Source: Macrostomum lignano
Lineage: Eukaryota
Assembly: GCA_002269645.1 (NCBI GenBank)
Contig: NIVC01001539.1
Coordinates: 124,034-188,033, forward strand
Length of the DNA: 64,000 bases
Direction of reading: 5' to 3'
Made by a program: the position numbers and the translations under genes. How positions within the stretch are numbered: position 1 is the first letter of the stretch; each line of letters starts with the position of its first letter. Shown here one piece after another: positions 54,934-64,000 of the stretch. The notes below the pieces were generated by a model. It was not told where the DNA came from, ran no database searches, and worked only from the letters and a program-made list of their open reading frames with translations.

Positions 54934-56043
54934 GTCTGTGCACTCAACTTTACTGCGGCATTGCGTGCGGAAGGCCTTCTCAGTGCTGACAGCTGGAGCC
55001 TGTCAGTGCAAGCTGTTCCTGTTCGATGCGTGCAGTCACCGTGTGCAGTCTGTGTTTTATTGATCCCCACTTGCAAGTAAATTTCAAGGCGCTTTACTGA
55101 ATTTTAAAGAAACTTGAAAGCGTTTTGTTCGTTTCTACCTGATGACATCCAACAGTTTATGAGCGTACTGTTCTCAAATCAGTCGCATACAAGTTTATCG
55201 AATCATTCACTACCATGCTAAACCTAACTCTGTGTTAAATAAAGCTGAAGTCTGAATGAGTGCTAAGCTCACCAAATACTTTTGTTGCTGAAAATCTTTT
55301 TGGAGCTTTCCTGTACAGGAGAAAAGCACCTGTTCAAGCTTGCTAGTTTCATTGCACAGGATGTAAGTTTCTAAGGTAACTAAGAGCTGTGTAAAGTTGT
55401 TCTCACGACAAAGGCGAGGGATTAAATTCAGAAAAAGGTTTTATTGGAATAAGATGCATTTCTGTTAGCGCATATCTAAGACCTCAGGAACAGAGCAGCT
55501 CAACAGTAAACACATTTGGCTTAAGCCAACCGACCCCTGGTTCGATTCCGTGCGCAAATACTTTTATTCGGGACTTGTGTACTTAAATTGGGCCTGCAGG
55601 ATATCATTCGATTCACACCCCTGAGGCCCAACCCCCAAGACACAAGGAGTGTAACTGCCTGACAATTGGAAAATCTGCTACTGGAAGCAAATACTGATGG
55701 ATTTCTGTCGAAATTTTAGTCTTGCTCAGTAGCCCAAAAGCTTTTTATTTGAACGATAATATCTGCTATCTAAAGCAGCAAGTAGACTGAACTTGCAAAC
55801 TGAACCTGTGCACACATTGATAGAATTCCGTGACGGAGAGAGCTGCAACTAGCATTAACCGTCACCCAAAAAACTGTTTGCGATGCAAAGATAAAAGCCA
55901 GTCCTGCTTGCCATGTTCATACCAAGTCGTTTTACCTAATCTGGGCGAAAAACTTGACTTCTCTACTTCGAAGGCCTTCAACATTTATAAACTACACAAG
56001 CACTTCAAAATCTTTTGCAAGTCAACTGCGGTGTACAATTCAG

Positions 56044-56859
56044 ATGAAGTTGCGCCTGTTACTAACTGTCCTGAGCAGTACAGCATCATTGCAGCTGTTT
56101 GCATGGCTTCAAATCTTTTGGGCATCGACAGTGCTATCCAAATCCTGCAGCGAATCCAAGGTCGCATTCCACAAGACCACCGGCGTGGACTGCGTGCGAC
56201 CCGAGTTCATCCACATCGTGCCGGGTCTGTGCACTGAACTCGACTGCGGCATTGCCTGCGCTAGGAAGGACAAGTGTCAGGCCTTCTCAGTGCTGACAGC
56301 TGGAGCCTGTCAGTGCAAGCTGTTCCTGTTCGATGCGTGCAGTCACCGTGTGCAGTCTGTGCCGAGCTGCACTCACCAGGTGACTGTGTATGTGAGGTCT
56401 CTGCCCGGCGTACCTCCGGGTCGCCTGTGTCCGTCCGGATACGAGCACACGAGACACGGCACCTCGTACAAGTTTGTCATGGATAAGACGGTCACCTGGA
56501 ACGATGCTCTCCAAAGTTGCAGCGCCGAGGCTGGACTCTCGAAGTTCGCTGACGCAATCGACTCCGACGAATCGAGCTACCTGCTGAATCTGCAGCGCAA
56601 TGTCATTGCGAAAGCCTCATCACTAAATTTTTTCCTTGGAGGCAATCAGACTGCCGCGTTTACTCCGAAGTCTGACGGTTGGTTCTGGGTCGCCTGCAAC
56701 AGCTCCATCAGCTCAAGCATGTGGTACACTGACCAGCCCAACCACGGCTTCCCAATACAAGGATGCACTGGCCTTTATAAAAAGTACGCGACAGGATTGG
56801 ATGACTTTCATTGCACCGAAGCAATCCAATATATTTGCGAATGCCAGTCAGTATTCTGA
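56044..56859 (+). CDS. Secreted PAN/apple-like + C-type-lectin-domain protein, copy A (intronless)
   Basis: Hydrophobic leader from ATG 56044. Cys-rich module C..C...C...CQAFS......CQ C (PAN/apple-like spacing). CTLD features CPSGY, W..A...C, FLGG, W...QPN, C, LDDFHC....YICEC. Confidence 0.8.
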   Translation: MKLRLLLTVLSSTASLQLFAWLQIFWASTVLSKSCSESKVAFHKTTGVDCVRPEFIHIVPGLCTELDCGIACARKDKCQAFSVLTAGACQCKLFLFDACSHRVQSVPSCTHQVTVYVRSLPGVPPGRLCPSGYEHTRHGTSYKFVMDKTVTWNDALQSCSAEAGLSKFADAIDSDESSYLLNLQRNVIAKASSLNFFLGGNQTAAFTPKSDGWFWVACNSSISSSMWYTDQPNHGFPIQGCTGLYKKYATGLDDFHCTEAIQYICECQSVF

Positions 56860-58215
56860 AGATCTCTGACCAATTAGTAGAATATTTGAGAGCGTAGACA
56901 AAAACCCACCGTTTGCAGACGAAATGTCGAGAATATTTTCACACCCACGCAAAAAGGACAATTCCGAATTCCAAACTTTCCACAGGGGTTGGAGCGCAGG
57001 GCTTTGAAAAGTGACCAGAAAAGACTAAGTATTGATAGACATGTACAGGATATAAAAGAATATCAAAAATGTATTGATATTTCGGCCTCGATTCCGTTAA
57101 TGCAACACCTTTCATGTAGTCATTTTCGGCCTGTCCCGTGTGCCTTTCTGGTCGACATTCTCTTTCCCTGTCTAAGCTTTTTGCTAGCTATCTGATAGAT
57201 GAATTTGTTCAAGCAAAACAATACGATCTAAATATTCATGTATTTTGATGAATAATTCTAATTCTAATTCTATTCTGTTTCCCGAAGTTCTTTTAGCGAC
57301 TCTTAAGTGACACATAGGCAAGAAAAATATATGGCTCATAGCAACCAGATCCTGTTAACCCAGTGCAGCGCATTCTGGTAAGCCTGATGCAACCATTGTA
57401 CCAGAACAAGCTGACTGTCAGAGACCGTCTATAAGCAGGACGAACGTCGTGTCTTGATGCTTGTTTTTTAGTGTTTTCTAGTCAGGATTTCATTGTACTT
57501 CTTGATGTAAGTTTTCAATTTGGAACATCTACAATTCGATGAAGCACAGAGGCTGAAGAATTTGTGAGTAGAGTAGTAGCAAGTTTTTCTACACATGTCT
57601 TAACTGTTTTACGCAAATACAGTGCTATCTAAGTTTGAGTAAGACATTTGATTAGGGAGACACAAACTCGGGCATGGATACATCTATATTACTAGATCGG
57701 TCTTTCCCAGAAGATCAAAATAAGTCGTCCGCTTAGAAACCAAAGAACGTATAGTTTGTGTGCATTGAATCAGAGAAAACACATATACATGTACGGTAAA
57801 TCAGCCTGATTTAGCCTCTCAAACCAAGTTGTCTATGGCCATAACAGAATAATTTTGTATCACGCTGATAGTAACTGGACTGTACTCCAAGTTATACAAA
57901 CCATGCCTCAAATGAAAAGAATTGTCAGTGAACACAAACATCAAATGTTGAATGCCAACACGTTTCGTCTAACCGACGTCTTCAAGGTAGGTTAAAAATT
58001 GCATTAGTTTAACATAACAAGCAATGCTTGTAACAAAAATTCTCGAGCATAACATACATTCCAAAAGGTCCTGTTTTTATGTCACGGACAGTTCAGTAAA
58101 TAAAAAACAACGTTTAACTAACCAAGCTACAGTGTAAACGTTAGTCGCTAGTCGCTATTAGTCGAACAAGTTAGTCGTTGGTTGCACTGATTAAGTTTAT
58201 CAACTGATCCTCATT

Positions 58216-59729
<1,514 letters not shown>

Positions 59730-62141
59730 TTCTTGGCTGCATTTCTGATTGAGATTTTAACAGTGCTTTATATACAATAACTTTTGCATCCAGCCCATTT
59801 AACTATTTAAGCACTGCTCAAATGTTTAACAAGGGCCAACAATCATCTACTTAACTCAAGCCGTCCATTCTTTGTGCCTGCTTGTGCCTGAACCTGAAGA
59901 TTTGTCGTGCAGCGCTCTGTGTGGCATTTTAAAAGCCATTTATCGAAAGATGATGAATGATGCTAGGAATGATTTGATTAGCAAAAATGTATGGCTGGCT
60001 AACGGAGAAAATACACTTTGGAATCTTAATTGTTTCCCAAGTTTATTCTGATAAAATTGCTTTCAAACAAAAATCACTGCAAGCGTGATTGATGGTCTCA
60101 TGGTCAGCTCGTAGCTCGAATTACTTCATCTTGTCTGAAGTTTGATTCTCATAAACTGATGTGAAACTCTTATTCTATTTGAACGGAAACTCAATTTTAC
60201 ACAAATTAATGCAGCTAATTGGATTAAAACACCATTCGCAACGAAAATATATATTCTTCTGTTTGAGCATTATCAGCATATTTCAATTTTGACGCTGAAA
60301 ATATTGAGGCGCGCAAACAAAAACTAAATTGCGTAATTTGATATAAAAGTATCGAAATGAGCCAATGCTGGACAAACTCCGCTTAAAAACACTTCGAATT
60401 AAAGTCTGTAGAGTTTTTCGAGTAGTCAAATAGTTAAGAGTATAACAAAATTACCTGAAATCCACAACTTTCACTTTGTGGGCTTTGGGTAGCAAAGTGG
60501 CTATAGCTCCAGTGTTTTGCGCTTCAACATTCTGTATCCAACCAATACTGCTATTCCTGGCAGCGGTAAAAGCTCCCGCGACCTGTTTGATGAGTATAAA
60601 CCCAAACACAATATCCAGTGTTTTCCGGGTCAGATTGGAGACATCAGTATTAGCGATAGAAAATGGTTGCCATCCAAAGGTCGGCGTTTAGTTCCACCAA
60701 CAATGTTTTGAGGGAAAACACCAAGAAACTGTAACATTTAAAAGTTTACATACAGTTTTTATGCAACTAATCGACGGAAATGATCAGCATCAGCAACAAA
60801 AAACAAAAAACAAAAGGTCAGGGTCTTAAGAAGTCAGGGTCACAAGGTTCGCAAAAGAAGGACGCACCACCCACCGAATCCAGGGTGCCGGCGTCAGCCA
60901 GTCTGGGCAGTCGATGTAGGGTGCCTGCAGCGTCAGCAGCAGCACCTGCATCGGCTGTGGGCAGTATGACTCGGCGCGGATGATGTAGCCTGTCAGCTGG
61001 AGTCGCCGACGGTGTCATATGTCGATCCAGATCAACGACGAGAGCGAGTCACCATCGTACAACCCACAGGCAGGCCACGCTATCCGCATCGAGTCGTACT
61101 GCCCACAGCCGGTCTGCAGGAGGTGCTGCTGCTGACGCTGCAGGCATACCACGGGGCGGAGGACAGGTGCACACTCAAGGTTGGCTCGTACGTCGATTGC
61201 CAGCTGGCTCACAACTGCTGGATCCGGTCTGGGTCAGTGGTGGCGTGGCCTACGTTCGCGCCTAGATCCAGAGGCGTGTTCATGGACAACTCCTTACTAC
61301 TAATTTCTAAGAGAACCGAGTGAAGCGTCCTTCCCTTGGTCCATGGCGCGATTTATGACTTTTAAGACCTAAGTTGCATCTACGAACATAGTAGTTTTTT
61401 AAATTTTACAACTATAACAGCGATCGTAGGCCGCACCGTCTACTCATAATGGCAGTGATAGCATTTTTCATAGCGTCGTAGCTATGTCCGATTATAACTG
61501 ACTAATTGCGGCTTGGTCAGGCCAGGCCCAACAATATTCAAGCTACCTACTAACATTGACGCGTGGGGTAGGGACAAAAGAATGGAAATATTATTTTAAC
61601 ATCTGCTTAGCTAGGTGGAGAGGCATTTGCCCCACAGATACAAAAAACGTAGCCCAAATCGATTTAGGCAGTCAACCGTGTCAGGCCCTTCGTTATCGCT
61701 TCAACTTTGTGAGCAGCCGCCTCACTCCCAGCTCCGCTCCCGCCTCCTGCCACAGACAGCAGCCTTCATCCATCAAAAATGGTTAGGAAATAAGCGGCAA
61801 AGGGTCGGAATTAAGCTGGCTTTGCTATCCCCGCAATAAGGATTAATAAATAATTCATGGGATGGCGTGGGATCCAATTATCGGCGCCAATAGAAAAAAA
61901 TCGATGATCCCTGGAGTGGTGGTCGGAAAACACTCGAAACCATGCAGTTTTGTTTTTAGCCTACGTGCAGTACAATCTATTGAGTATAAAATTCTTGCAA
62001 TGAAGCAGAATTTCAGCTCTAATTATAATTTTTAGCCCAAACTCGCGGGAGTAGTTGAAACCAGGCAGCAATACTTCAATTGACTCAGTAGCAGTCTATA
62101 TTACCTTTCAAATTCGAACAACTTCGCGCTATCTGCGCATC

Positions 62142-62906
62142 ATGGAATTCTATATGGTAGCTTTTGCTCTACTTCTGGAACTCTTCTCCGCTTCAGCGGT
62201 GCTCTCTGAGTCGTGCGAATCCAAGGTCGCATTCCACAAGACCACCGGCGTGGACTGCGTGCGACCCGAGTTCATCCACATCGTGCCGGGTCTGTGCACT
62301 GAACTCGACTGCGGCATTGCCTGCGCTAGGAAGGACAAGTGTCAGGCCTTCTCAGTGCTGACAGCTGGAGCCTGTCAGTGCAAGCTGTTCCTGTTCGATG
62401 CGTGCAGTCACCGTGTGCAGTCTGTGCCGAGCTGCACTCATCAGGTGACTGTGTATGTGAGGTCTCTGCCCGGCGTACCTCCGGGTCGCCTGTGTCCGTC
62501 CGGATACGAGCACACCAAATACGGCACCTCGTACAAGGGGAGCACAGAGATCGCCTTCTGGTCGACTGCCAATCAGACCTGCAGCGCGGAACCTGGTCTG
62601 TCCAAGTTCGCTGACGCAATCGACCTTGACGAGGTGGAGTACCTCCACTCGTTGAAGCAGCAGATCGGACTTGGATTCAGTTACTTTCTCGCGCGGGCTG
62701 GGAATCCAGCAAACGTGCCATCCAGTTGGTTTTGGACTGGCTGTAATTTGCCTATCAGCGCCTCAGTCTGGCATGCCGGTGAGCCGAACGGGCCTGCTGA
62801 GTTACTCTGCGCCAATCTCTTTAGTGGATTTTCTTCGGGAGGCATAGACGACTTCGAATGCACTGGAATACATCGCTACTTTTGCGAGTGCCAGTCAGTG
62901 TTTTAG
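62142..62906 (+). CDS. Secreted PAN/apple-like + C-type-lectin-domain protein, copy B (intronless)
   Basis: Signal peptide MEFYMVAFALLLELFSASA. N-terminal module identical in protein to copy A. CTLD with W...EPN, IDDFEC and YFCEC. Confidence 0.82.
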   Translation: MEFYMVAFALLLELFSASAVLSESCESKVAFHKTTGVDCVRPEFIHIVPGLCTELDCGIACARKDKCQAFSVLTAGACQCKLFLFDACSHRVQSVPSCTHQVTVYVRSLPGVPPGRLCPSGYEHTKYGTSYKGSTEIAFWSTANQTCSAEPGLSKFADAIDLDEVEYLHSLKQQIGLGFSYFLARAGNPANVPSSWFWTGCNLPISASVWHAGEPNGPAELLCANLFSGFSSGGIDDFECTGIHRYFCECQSVF

Positions 62907-63856
62907 TCTGCAAATAATTGAACGAATAGCCGAATATTTATGTATGAACACCAAGGCTTGGATTTGCAGGAAACTTTTTAACTCGACTTTTCTACCGCAG
63001 TCTCTAGTTATCCTAACCATTTTTTTTATTTTCTCTCACCATCTAGTGGAAAGTAATAGTGTGCGTCTTTTGCAGGTAGATGTGCATTGGTTATTTTCGA
63101 ATTTTCTTTTCTACATCTAAAAGTACATACCAGGTATTATACATCTTTCATGAAATATGTTTAGAGATATATAACTTCCTTGAAATTGTAACAGAAGGAA
63201 CAATTTTGTTTGCAGCAATGCGAACTTTCTAGAAATGTTATGTCACAGACACAGACAATGGAACACTTTGCTGGTTTTTTAACAACCTTTAAATATATAC
63301 TTGAAAAATGGCTTCTATCTTTCGAAGCAGCCGAACGCTGTTAGCGAGACAAGTTAAAACCATAAAAGTGTACTCGTACTCATTAAATCTACATGCAGCT
63401 TGAATAACTCCCCCCCTCCCCTTACTCGGATATCGGACAACAAGCTATTATTAAGCTCCAACATGCGGGTGGGAAGAGCAGCAACGCCCAGTCTAGTTAA
63501 GCTAAGATTAAGATTAAGTTACTCTATGTATGATCTATAGGGGACGATTTTATTAACAAAAATGGTATTGCTTTGTTTATCTATCAAAGTAACTATACCA
63601 TTCCTTACATTAGTAATTTACATTCACGAAGCCGTAAATAGCTTTAGTATTTCGGTAAAATGCTCAAATTCATGCCAGGATAAATATAGTGAAAAAAATC
63701 TTTTTTTCCTGCACCAGATAATGAACGAATGTGTCGTAACAGGCCCAATGCATTTTTCACTAAGAATAGTACAGCGTTATGATGATAACTAAAAACCACC
63801 TAGGTTCGAGTGCTTAACCTAATGCATGCTGTGTGGCATGCTCACCTCCGAGTGAG

Positions 63857-63991
63857 TCCTTTACTTGACACTCTGTCGCCGTGGAGGTCTAGTCTGTTCA
63901 TACAAGCCAGCCTGTTGCGCCGCCAGCGACTTCAGTAGGCAGGCCACATCATACGTACGCTCGTAGATTCGGTCGGCAAGTGCATGGGACC
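63857..63991 (-). CDS. Possible terminal coding exon of an unidentified gene starting beyond the window
   Basis: After a TTGTAG acceptor-like site the frame SHALADRIYERTYDVACLLKSLAAQQAGLYEQTRPPRRQSVK* is open. No family recognised. Confidence 0.2.
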
Positions 63992-64000
63992 TACAAGAGC

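Larger units (their letters stand above)
50187..55062 (+). pseudogene. Disrupted PAN/apple + C-type-lectin paralog, split by the LTR element and truncated
   Basis: 5' part MYLRLLLRLLLLAAVSLSNSYCTTSAKFHKTVGLDCVRPEFTNIVSGL (50187-50330) continues after the 3' LTR as CTQLYCGIAC, then a small frameshifting deletion, then AFSVLTAGACQCKLFLFDACSHRVQSV and a stop. Homologous to 56044-56859 and 62142-62906. Confidence 0.85.

Overview
Eukaryotic, intron-rich, minisatellite-dense genomic DNA, most consistent with a flatworm. It carries a platyhelminth-type EF-hand/dynein-light-chain gene, and the repeat-stuffed introns suggest Macrostomum (inference only). From left to right: (1) AG/CT satellites interrupted by a full-length LOA/R1-group LINE with RNase H (minus strand, 1663-6466; 12-bp TSD, (GTAA)n tail), whose ORF1 and ORF2 overlap at a TAATG stop-start, followed by a tRNA-headed CORE-type SINE; (2) a 12-exon Meis/homothorax TALE homeobox gene (minus, 9772-28148) whose large introns carry different tandem arrays, several built from TGACA(G), the TALE-binding core; (3) a 3-exon tegumental-allergen-like (TAL) gene (minus); (4) an intronless, GC-rich class I/II aminotransferase of bacterial-looking type (plus); (5) an apparent innate-immunity cluster of a 15-exon thioester protein (TEP/CD109/A2M family, GCGEQ intact), two intact PAN/apple + C-type-lectin genes that share a near-identical ~300-bp N-terminal module but have divergent lectin domains, a third copy broken by a complete Ty3/gypsy (Mag-like) LTR element with a 5-bp TSD, and a PAN/apple + fibrinogen-domain gene. 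All gene models were built by hand from splice sites, reading phase and protein motifs; no database search was run.
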